Shown here: positions 17,141 through 24,825 of the stretch, piece after piece
Numbering within the stretch: the first letter of the stretch is position 1
Layout of the letters: each line of letters begins with the position of its first letter
Source of the DNA: an uncultured Dehalococcoidales bacterium
GTDB lineage: Bacteria > Chloroflexota > Dehalococcoidia > GIF9 > UBA5629
Reading direction: 5' to 3'
NCBI GenBank assembly: GCA_964619115.1
Contig: CAZUEB010000003.1
Location: 2,764 to 39,282, forward strand
Length of the DNA: 36,519 nucleotides
Notes under the pieces: generated by a model
Databases searched by the model: none
Told to the model about the DNA's origin: nothing
The model's input: only the letters and a program-made list of their open reading frames with translations
Made by a program: the position numbers and the translations under genes

Positions 17141-18364
17141 ATGAGCTTGAAGAGCAAGAACGTATTCATCACCGGCGTAAGCGGCTTTGTCGGTTCAAAT
17201 ATGGCAAAGCATGCCCTAAATGAAGGAGCCAATGTCTTCGGGCTGGTTAGAAGGCGGGCTGATGGCAGCCTCCCGCAAAATATTAAATATCTGGGAATTG
17301 AGAATGAGGTTGTCTTACTGGAAGGAGATGTGCGAGACATTTCCAGCGTTGCCTTTGCTTTAGACCAGGCTAAGCCGGATATCGTCTTTCATCTAGCTGC
17401 CCAGTCTTTTATTCCCAGGTCATTTTGTTCTCCGACTGAAACCATGGATATCAATTGTATGGGGACGGCTAATCTCCTTGAGGCAATCAGAAATAAAGGC
17501 TTGGATGCTGCAATAGTTTTCGCAGGAAGCAGCGAGGAATATGGTCTCGTATTTTTCTTAGACTATCAGTATCAGCAAATCAAGAAGAAGTACGGGACAG
17601 TCTTCCCGGAGCCGACCAGCATCCCTGAATTGCCCATAACTGAGACCAATCCTCTTCGTCCCATGTCTCCCTATGCCGTCAGCAAGGTTTACGCTGATTA
17701 TCTTATGAGAAACTATCATGCCTGTTATGGATTGAAAACAATAGTCTCTAGAGGCTTCAATCAGGAAGGGGCTGGCCGAGGCACGATGTTTGTGACCGCG
17801 TCGATTACTCGACAGGTGATGCAATACAAGCGTGGTGAAATCGATAAGCTAGTTATAGGCAATGTCAATGCCTTCAGGGACTGGTCGCATGTCAATGATA
17901 TTCTGAAGGGATACTGCCTGCTGGCTGAAAAAGGCAGATATGGAGACGTTTACAACCAGGGCTCACAGAGGACAAACTCGGTGCTGAGCTATCTCCTGCT
18001 TAGTCTGGAATGTGCTGGATATGCTGTGAATAGAATTGAGACGCTTGGTGGCAAGAAAGCGGTAGATAATCCCAATGAGTTGGACAACTCAAAGATGTTC
18101 GGGCTTGGCTTTGAAAAGACGAAGGTGGATAAGCTGATGCTGGAAGGTAAATTGGAGTTCCAGCTTTCGGATAGAGGAATTTTTGTTACTACCGATAAAG
18201 GAAAAATAACTATAGAGTTTGATGAGGAAAAGTTCAGACCGGCTGAAGTGCCGATTTTGTTGACCAAAACGGCAAAGATTGAAGAACTCGGCTTTAAGGT
18301 GCGGCATAGCCTCAGGGACATAATTAATGACCAGTTGAACTATTTCTTGGACGCGTCTCGCTAG
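17141..18364 (+). CDS. Extended-SDR NDP-sugar dehydratase/epimerase, GDP-mannose-4,6-dehydratase-like N-terminus, with insertions
   Basis: AAGGAGG upstream. Motifs: FITGVSGFVGSNMAKH, VFHLAAQSF and the catalytic SPYAVSKVYAD (YxxxK). At 407 aa it is longer than typical family members. Confidence 0.75.
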   Translation: MSLKSKNVFITGVSGFVGSNMAKHALNEGANVFGLVRRRADGSLPQNIKYLGIENEVVLLEGDVRDISSVAFALDQAKPDIVFHLAAQSFIPRSFCSPTETMDINCMGTANLLEAIRNKGLDAAIVFAGSSEEYGLVFFLDYQYQQIKKKYGTVFPEPTSIPELPITETNPLRPMSPYAVSKVYADYLMRNYHACYGLKTIVSRGFNQEGAGRGTMFVTASITRQVMQYKRGEIDKLVIGNVNAFRDWSHVNDILKGYCLLAEKGRYGDVYNQGSQRTNSVLSYLLLSLECAGYAVNRIETLGGKKAVDNPNELDNSKMFGLGFEKTKVDKLMLEGKLEFQLSDRGIFVTTDKGKITIEFDEEKFRPAEVPILLTKTAKIEELGFKVRHSLRDIINDQLNYFLDASR

Positions 18365-18473
18365 CAGGACAAACTGCTTGTTGGTATGAGTTGCCGGCTT
18401 CGCCTCATTGCATTGCAGCACCGAAAGATTACTGGCACCTGGTAAGGTATTGGTGTAGTATAAGATTGTGCAG

Positions 18474-19577
18474 ATGAAGATTGCTGTAATTGTGGGTACC
18501 CGCCCCGAAATAATTAAGATGGCTCCGGTAGCAAGAGCGCTTGAGAGCAATAGGGTAAACTACTTTATCCTCCATACGGGGCAACACTATTCGTATAACC
18601 TGGATAGGGTCTTTTTTGAACAGCTAAGATTACAAGATGCTAGATATAACCTGGAGGTAGGTTCCGGCTCTCACGCGGAACAAACCGCTAAGATACTTAT
18701 CGGTGTGGAGAAAGTTCTTGAAATTGAAAAACCTGACATTGTTTTAGTTGAGGGTGATACTAACTCCGTGTTTGCTGGCGCAGTGGCAGCGGTTAAGCTC
18801 CATATATCCGTTGGGCATGTCGAAGCTGGTCTGCGAAGTTATGACAGGCAGATGCCCGAGGAAATCAATCGTATTCTAACCGACCATTGCTCCGATTACC
18901 TGTTTGCTCCGACGGAGAAGGCAGAGGCAATCCTCCTCGGTGAGGGCATCCACCGCGACAAGATATTTGTAACTGGTAATACCATCGTTGACGCTGTCTA
19001 TCAGAATCTGGAAATAGCTAAAAGAAGTTTTAAGTTCGATGTTACACCTATAACTTCAAACGCAGAACATAGAACCTTGAATCCTGAACCCAGAAACTAC
19101 TTCCTGATAACACTTCACCGCCAGGAGAACGTGGATAATGAGGCAAGGCTCTCTTCAATTCTAGAGGGGCTGGATAGAGTAACTACCGAGTTTGCATTAC
19201 CTGTAATTTATCCAATTCACCCCCGTTCTCGAAAGATGATGGAACATTTTAACCTTGACCCCAAGAACTTGAAACTTGTTGAACCTTTAGATTTCCTCTC
19301 CTTCCTTCAACTCGAATGCAATGCCAGGCTTATATTGACTGACTCTGGAGGAGTTCAGGAAGAGGCTTGTATACTCAAAGTCCCCTGCGTTACTCTGCGA
19401 GACAATACCGAGAGACCGGAAACCATTGATGTTGGCGCTAATATGCTAGCTGGTGCGTCTTCAGACAAAATACTCGATTGTGTTAAGATTATGATTAGCC
19501 GCGAGAATAACTGGATTAATCCTTTCGGCGATGGGAAAGCGGGCGAGAGGATAGTTGAAATCATAACAGGAGATTAA
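18474..19577 (+). CDS. wecB: UDP-N-acetylglucosamine 2-epimerase (non-hydrolysing)
   Basis: ATG 18474 (MKIAVIVGTRPEIIKMAPV); the track start is GTG 18468. Motifs: HTGQHY, VEGDTNS, HVEAGLRS, EEINR, TLHRQEN, TDSGGVQEE. Confidence 0.9.
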   Translation: MKIAVIVGTRPEIIKMAPVARALESNRVNYFILHTGQHYSYNLDRVFFEQLRLQDARYNLEVGSGSHAEQTAKILIGVEKVLEIEKPDIVLVEGDTNSVFAGAVAAVKLHISVGHVEAGLRSYDRQMPEEINRILTDHCSDYLFAPTEKAEAILLGEGIHRDKIFVTGNTIVDAVYQNLEIAKRSFKFDVTPITSNAEHRTLNPEPRNYFLITLHRQENVDNEARLSSILEGLDRVTTEFALPVIYPIHPRSRKMMEHFNLDPKNLKLVEPLDFLSFLQLECNARLILTDSGGVQEEACILKVPCVTLRDNTERPETIDVGANMLAGASSDKILDCVKIMISRENNWINPFGDGKAGERIVEIITGD

Positions 19578-19579
19578 CT

Positions 19580-20503
19580 ATGGCTAAAATATTGATTACT
19601 GGTGGCAGTGGCTTTATTGGCTCAAATCTTGTCCCTGAACTAACAAGACGGGGACACGAAGTCTGGATTTGTGACTTAGGTCATTCAGAGTGCCAAAACT
19701 ACACCCGCTGCGATGTTACCGAATACCGCCAGCTGGAAAGGATTTTCGAGCGGCATGACTTTGATTATGTATATCATCTGGCGGCAGAGTACGGACGCTG
19801 GAACGGCGAGGACTATTATGAAAACCTGTGGCTGACCAATGTGATAGGTACTAAGAATATGCTTCGGATTCAGGAGCAGAAGAAGTTCCGCATGATATTC
19901 TTTTCCAGTGCCGAGGTCTACGGAGATTATGATGGGATAATGAGTGAAGACGTGATGGACAAAGTAGCTATAAAACAGATGAACGACTACGCTATAACTA
20001 AATGGGCGGGAGAGCTACAGTGCTTGAACTCTCAAGCCATGTTCGGCACGGAGACTGTCAGGGTTAGACCGGTCAATGCTTACGGTCCGCACGAGCATTA
20101 CAGCCCCTACCGTGGCGTAATCCCGGCTTTTATTTATAAGGCTCTGCATGATGAGCCGTATACAGTCTATCTGGGGCACAAGCGTATCTTCGATTATGTG
20201 GAAGATACCTGTCGCACATTCGCCAACATTGTAGATAACTTCATACCCGGCGAAGTTTATAACATCGGAGGCAAAGAGGAGTGGGAGCACGATATCAAAT
20301 ATGTTTCCGACCTGATATTAAAAAATCTGGGCAAAACTGATGCTAAAGTCACCTATAAGGAAGCGGAGCCGTTTACAACGCGCTTCAAGCACATGGACTT
20401 CTCCAAATCCAGGAGAGACCTTAAGCACGCCCCCAAGGTTCCGCTGGAGGACGGAATCCCCAAGACTATTGAATGGATGCGCAAAGCCTACGGATTTAAG
20501 TAG
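19580..20503 (+). CDS. NAD-dependent epimerase/dehydratase (extended SDR)
   Basis: AGGAG lies 8 nt upstream. Motifs: ILITGGSGFIGSNL, SSAEVYG, YAITKWAGE (YxxxK). The specific substrate cannot be called. Confidence 0.8.
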   Translation: MAKILITGGSGFIGSNLVPELTRRGHEVWICDLGHSECQNYTRCDVTEYRQLERIFERHDFDYVYHLAAEYGRWNGEDYYENLWLTNVIGTKNMLRIQEQKKFRMIFFSSAEVYGDYDGIMSEDVMDKVAIKQMNDYAITKWAGELQCLNSQAMFGTETVRVRPVNAYGPHEHYSPYRGVIPAFIYKALHDEPYTVYLGHKRIFDYVEDTCRTFANIVDNFIPGEVYNIGGKEEWEHDIKYVSDLILKNLGKTDAKVTYKEAEPFTTRFKHMDFSKSRRDLKHAPKVPLEDGIPKTIEWMRKAYGFK

Positions 20504-20515
20504 CCCAATCCAAAC

Positions 20516-20557
20516 CTTGAACTTAAAACCTAGAACTTAGAACTTAGAACCTAGAAC
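20516..20557 (+). repeat. Heptanucleotide tandem array A, six units of NTAGAAC
   Basis: Units: cttgaac ttaaaac ctagaac ttagaac ttagaac ctagaac. The array ends 4 nt before ATG 20562. Confidence 0.9.
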
Positions 20558-20561
20558 TCTT

Positions 20562-21761
20562 ATGAAAATCCTTATTGTCCAGGAAAGCGATTGGCTCAAG
20601 AGAGGGCCACACCAACAACATCAGCTAGCAGACCGCCTTTCGCTTAGAGGTCACCAGATTCGGGTTATCGATTACGAGATTTTGTGGCGAGACCAGGACA
20701 AAAGGGAGCTTTATTCCAAAAGCCAGCTATTCGAAAATGTATTCAAGGTTAATCAAGGGGCGAAGGTCACCGTAATTCGTCCTGAAATAATTAAAATCCC
20801 CTTGCTGGATTATGTTTCTCTGATTTTCACCCATAGAACAGAAATCAAACACCAGATAGCGGAGTTTTCCCCCGACGTGATTATCGGTTTCAGTATACTG
20901 AATAGCTATCTGGCAATAAAGGCAGCCAGGAGAAATAACATCCCCTTCGTTTATTACTGGATAGACGTGTTACATCGATTGATACCATTTAAGCCGTTAC
21001 AGTTTCTCGGCAAGATATTGGAACACAGAACGCTAAGGCAAGCGGACAGGACGCTGACAATCAATGACAAGCTTAAAGACTATGTTATCACTGCCGGTGC
21101 CGCAGCCAGCAAAACTAGTGTAATCAGAGCTGGCATAGACGTTGAACAGTTTAAACCATCAGCAAGCATCGGCAATTTAAGGAAACAATATGGACTCAAG
21201 GAAACTGACACTGTATTGTTTTTTATGGGCTGGCTGTATCATTTCTCCGGCTTAAAAGAGGTAGCTCACGAGTTAACCAAAGAAACTAACAAGAACCTGA
21301 AATTACTTATAGTTGGCGAAGGCGATGCTTTTGAAGACCTTAAGCAAATACGAGATAAACACAATTTGCAGGACAGGCTCATCTTAACCGGGCAGAAGCC
21401 GTATACAGAGATGCCGGCTTTCATCTCTGCCTCGGATATATGCCTGTTACCGGCATACCCCTGGGAAAAAACAATGCATGACATAGTGCCCATTAAGTTG
21501 TATGAGTACATGGCTATGAAGAAACCAGTGATATCTACAAGACTGCCCGGAGTTATGAAGGAATTTGGTAAAAGCAACGGCGTAGTCTATGTTGATAAGC
21601 CAGCTGATGCCATCGTTAAAGCCAAAAGCCTTGTCAAAGATGGTAAAATAGTAGAGCTCGGCGATAAAGCCAGGAAATTTGTCCAGAAATACAGCTGGGA
21701 CAGAATAACCGACGAATTCGAGAAAATTCTAGAAGAAGTTGTAAAAAGTTCTAGGTTCTAA
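20562..21761 (+). CDS. GT-B fold glycosyltransferase, family 4-like
   Basis: 399 aa starting MKILIVQE. The C-terminal half has LLIVGEGD, the LILTGQKPY...ASDICLLP region and KLYEYMAMKKPVIST (an E-x7-E-like region). No Shine-Dalgarno sequence is visible upstream. Confidence 0.8.
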   Translation: MKILIVQESDWLKRGPHQQHQLADRLSLRGHQIRVIDYEILWRDQDKRELYSKSQLFENVFKVNQGAKVTVIRPEIIKIPLLDYVSLIFTHRTEIKHQIAEFSPDVIIGFSILNSYLAIKAARRNNIPFVYYWIDVLHRLIPFKPLQFLGKILEHRTLRQADRTLTINDKLKDYVITAGAAASKTSVIRAGIDVEQFKPSASIGNLRKQYGLKETDTVLFFMGWLYHFSGLKEVAHELTKETNKNLKLLIVGEGDAFEDLKQIRDKHNLQDRLILTGQKPYTEMPAFISASDICLLPAYPWEKTMHDIVPIKLYEYMAMKKPVISTRLPGVMKEFGKSNGVVYVDKPADAIVKAKSLVKDGKIVELGDKARKFVQKYSWDRITDEFEKILEEVVKSSRF

Positions 21762-21804
21762 GTTAAGAGGTTCAGAGTTCAACGTAGAACCTAGAACGTA
21801 GAAC
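21748..21804. repeat. Heptanucleotide array B: inverted units (GTTCTAN) followed by forward units (NTAGAAC), forming a 13-bp perfect hairpin
   Basis: Units: gttctag gttctaa gttaaga g gttcaga gttcaac gtagaac ctagaac gtagaac. 21748-21760 (GTTCTAGGTTCTA) is the exact complement of 21785-21797 (TAGAACCTAGAAC). The left arm contains the last codons and the TAA of the GT4 gene. Confidence 0.9.
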
Positions 21805-21819
21805 TTAAAAAGGAGCACC

Positions 21820-22818
21820 ATGAAACACTATATGAGCGAATATAAAGATAAAAACATCCTCATCACCGGTGGAGCTGGGTGCATTGGCAGTAATCTGACT
21901 AAAGCTCTAATAGAAGCCGAAGCCAGCAAAATAATCGTTCTTGACGACCTCTCAGCGGCTGAAAAATGGAATGTACCTGTTGACTCCAAGGTGATATTTA
22001 TCGAGGGCAGTGTATTGGATGAAGAAGCACTAAAGAGAGCGTTCTCTGCAAAACTCGACTTTGTCTTCCACCTGGCAGCGCACTTCGCCAATCAGAATTC
22101 AGTTGATAATCCTGAGACCGACCTCGAGGTCAACGGTCTCGGCACTCTCAAGGTACTCGAGTACACTCATCTTGCCAGAGTAAGCAAGTTTGTCTTCGCT
22201 TCATCCGGCTGCTCGGTTTACGGCAGCCAGGCACCGCTTCCATTGAAAGAGGATTACGTATCCCTACACCTCGACACTCCTTATCAAATCACCAAGCTTC
22301 TGGGTGAACTTTACTGCAATTTCTTCCACAACTATTATGGCTTGCCTGTAGCCATAGCCCGATACTTTAATGTTTATGGTCCCGGTGAAATACCAGGCGC
22401 TTACCGCAACGTCATTCCCAATTTCATGTGGTGGGCACTGCACAAGATGCCCCTCCCCATAACCGGCACCGGTGAGGAGACCCGGGATTTCACCTATGTT
22501 GAAGACATAGTTGACGGCACGTTACGACTCGGGGCAATACCTCAGGCGGTAGGCGATGCCTTCAACCTGGCGTCGGAAACAGAAACCAGGGTGATTGATA
22601 TAGCTAATATGGTCAATGAGCTAACGGGAAACCCGTCAGGCGTCGCCTTTAAACCTCGCCGCGATTGGGACCAGATTACACGCCGGAGAGCCTCCATAGA
22701 GAAAGCCAGGAAAGCCCTCGGTTATGAGCCAGGAACAAAAATAAAAGATGGGATAAAAAGAGTATACGCTTGGATTGTCGAAAACCAGGATAACATAGAG
22801 GCCTGTGCCAGGTTCTAA
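21820..22818 (+). CDS. NAD-dependent epimerase/dehydratase (extended SDR; UDP-sugar 4-epimerase / decarboxylase-like)
   Basis: AAGGAG lies 5 nt upstream. Motifs: ILITGGAGCIGSNL, VFHLAAHFANQ, SSGCSVYG, YQITKLLGE. Confidence 0.8.
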   Translation: MKHYMSEYKDKNILITGGAGCIGSNLTKALIEAEASKIIVLDDLSAAEKWNVPVDSKVIFIEGSVLDEEALKRAFSAKLDFVFHLAAHFANQNSVDNPETDLEVNGLGTLKVLEYTHLARVSKFVFASSGCSVYGSQAPLPLKEDYVSLHLDTPYQITKLLGELYCNFFHNYYGLPVAIARYFNVYGPGEIPGAYRNVIPNFMWWALHKMPLPITGTGEETRDFTYVEDIVDGTLRLGAIPQAVGDAFNLASETETRVIDIANMVNELTGNPSGVAFKPRRDWDQITRRRASIEKARKALGYEPGTKIKDGIKRVYAWIVENQDNIEACARF

Positions 22819-22834
22819 TTATCGACACAAAAAC

Positions 22835-22876
22835 GTAGAACGTAGAACCTAGAACATAGAACATAGAACATAGAAT
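22835..22876 (+). repeat. Heptanucleotide tandem array C, six units of NTAGAAC
   Basis: Units: gtagaac gtagaac ctagaac atagaac atagaac atagaat. An inverted unit AGGTTCTA at 22810-22817, carrying the stop codon of the preceding gene, is complementary to 22843-22850. Confidence 0.9.
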
Positions 22877-22908
22877 TCTCATGTGCCAGATTTTAGCTTG
22901 TTAGGAGA

Positions 22909-23991
22909 ATGATGCCATCTAAACTTAACGTTGCCATAGTGGGTTGTGGTGCTGTAGCCGATAAGCGCCATATTCCCAGTTTTGCCAGGTTGAAAGACAG
23001 GGTCGTTGTGCGGGCTGTATGTGATAAAAATGAAGAACTGGCAAGACAAGTCGCCTTGAGACATCGAATTCCCAAAGTGTTTGTTAGTCAGGCAGAGATG
23101 CTCAAGGCTGAAAAAGTCGACATGGTTGATGTCTGCACTCCACCTCAGATACATGCTCCCATAGCAGTTGAGGCGCTTGAGGCCGGTTGCCATGTGCTGA
23201 TGGAAAAACCCATGGCGCTTACTACTGCTGATTGTGACAAGATGATAGAGGCAGCAGCAAAGAACAATCGCAAACTTTGCATTGTTCATAACGTGCTCTT
23301 TCATCCCCCGCTTATCAAAGCCAGAGAGCTGGTCAAAGCGGGAGCCATAGGCGATTTCAGAGGCATGAGAATTCTGTTATCAGACCCGAAAGATGAAATG
23401 ATAATGCGCCAGGACTACTGGATACACAAGCTGCCCGGTGGATTGATTGGTGAAACTGGTCCTCATCCTGTCTATATCTCCCTGGCTTTTCTGGATAGGG
23501 TTAATAATGTGGAAGTATTCGCCAAAAATTACCTGGTGCATCCCTGGGCACCATTTGATGAGTTCAGGCTCGATCTCGATGCTGGTAATGGCATTAGTTC
23601 CGTGGCTATCTCATATTCCGGTGAACGATATGCTGCGGAGGTAGAGATATTCGGTTCAGAAGGTGCTCTTTATATAGACCTCCAGAGCATGCTGCTGGTG
23701 AAACACGGCATTAAGAAAACGCTCAGTTCCGCTAAGTTAGTCTCAACATCTCTCAGCACGGTAACGCAAACTATCAGCGGTCTCATAGCCAACGGATTCA
23801 AGACAATCACCGGCCAGTTCAGAGTGGGACACGAGAAAATAGTGGAGCTATTCGTCGATAGCATTATCAAAGGTACGGCTCCGCCTGTTACAGGTGAAGA
23901 AGGGCGCGAGGTTATAAGGGTAATGGAGATGATAGTCGACAGGCTTTATACCAAATACGGTCGCCCTCAACCATCTAAACCTAGAACCTAG
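22909..23991 (+). CDS. Gfo/Idh/MocA-family NAD(P)-dependent sugar oxidoreductase
   Basis: N-terminal Rossmann fold VAIVGCGAVADKRHIPSF and the EKP motif VLMEKPMALT. AGGAG at 22903-22907 favours the second ATG (22912) as the start. Confidence 0.85.
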   Translation: MMPSKLNVAIVGCGAVADKRHIPSFARLKDRVVVRAVCDKNEELARQVALRHRIPKVFVSQAEMLKAEKVDMVDVCTPPQIHAPIAVEALEAGCHVLMEKPMALTTADCDKMIEAAAKNNRKLCIVHNVLFHPPLIKARELVKAGAIGDFRGMRILLSDPKDEMIMRQDYWIHKLPGGLIGETGPHPVYISLAFLDRVNNVEVFAKNYLVHPWAPFDEFRLDLDAGNGISSVAISYSGERYAAEVEIFGSEGALYIDLQSMLLVKHGIKKTLSSAKLVSTSLSTVTQTISGLIANGFKTITGQFRVGHEKIVELFVDSIIKGTAPPVTGEEGREVIRVMEMIVDRLYTKYGRPQPSKPRT

Positions 23992-24029
23992 AACGTAGAA
24001 CCTAGAACTTAGAACGTAGAACTTTGAAA
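23974..24029 (+). repeat. Heptanucleotide tandem array D, about eight units of NTAGAAC
   Basis: Units: tctaaac ctagaac ctagaac gtagaac ctagaac ttagaac gtagaac tttgaaa. The array starts inside the last codons of the oxidoreductase gene (AAA CCT AGA ACC TAG) and ends 3 nt before ATG 24033. Confidence 0.9.
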
Positions 24030-24032
24030 CAG

Positions 24033-24809
24033 ATGCCACAGAAAGAAAAGGAATCGGTCCAGCAGTTTTGGGACACAACTCCCTGCGGGACTGGCGATAT
24101 AAATATTGAGCCTGAGACACTCGAATACTTCGAGGCTATATCGGAAAAACGCAACAAACTGGAGCCATTTATCGCTGACTATGCCCAGTTTAATAGATGG
24201 GAAGGTAAGGGAGTGCTGGAGGTGGGGTGTGGCGCTGGTAGCGACCTGTTGCGCTTTGCTAAAGCAGGTTCTCTTATCACGGGCGTAGATTTATCATCGC
24301 ACTCAGCTTCACTGGCAAAGACCAGACTGCGTTTTTACAATTGCCAGGGCAACGTACTAATAGCCGATGCCGAACAATTGCCCTTTAAAGCAGGTTCATT
24401 CGACCTGGTATATTCCTGGGGTGTCTTGCACCACACGCCTGATACTGAACAAGCTATTAAAGAAGTGTATCGTGTAACCAGGACGGGCGGTGAGGTTTGT
24501 ATTATGCTCTACCACAGGCATTCGCTGGTCGCTCTACAAATGTATCTCAGGTACGGTCTTTTTGCCTTTAAGCCTTTGAGGAGCTTGAAAGACATACTCG
24601 CCAAACACCATGAAAGCCCGGGCACGAAAGCCTATACTGCAGTCGAGACCCGGAAGATGTTCTCGGCGTTTGAAGATGTGAAAATAAAGTTTCGCCTCAC
24701 TCCTTACGACCTTCGCTACAAGAGGGACGGATACTTCCCGTCATGGGTTGGCAAATTTATCCCACAGCGTCTCGGATGGTTCATGGTCATACGGGGGCGA
24801 AAATCTTGA
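24033..24809 (+). CDS. Class I SAM-dependent methyltransferase (Methyltransf_11-like)
   Basis: ATG 24033 (MPQKEKESVQQFWDTTPCG); the track start at TTG 24024 lies inside the repeat. Motif I is VLEVGCGAGSDLLRFA; also DLVYSWGVLHHTPD. Confidence 0.8.
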   Translation: MPQKEKESVQQFWDTTPCGTGDINIEPETLEYFEAISEKRNKLEPFIADYAQFNRWEGKGVLEVGCGAGSDLLRFAKAGSLITGVDLSSHSASLAKTRLRFYNCQGNVLIADAEQLPFKAGSFDLVYSWGVLHHTPDTEQAIKEVYRVTRTGGEVCIMLYHRHSLVALQMYLRYGLFAFKPLRSLKDILAKHHESPGTKAYTAVETRKMFSAFEDVKIKFRLTPYDLRYKRDGYFPSWVGKFIPQRLGWFMVIRGRKS

Positions 24810-24825
24810 AAGGAGTTTAACTGAA

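Noticed and set aside
20516-24029. CRISPR array interpretation of the short tandem repeats
   Set aside because: The units are 7 nt (10 nt at 15918-16390) and directly abutting, with no spacers. No cas genes are in the window. They are microsatellite-like arrays, not CRISPR.
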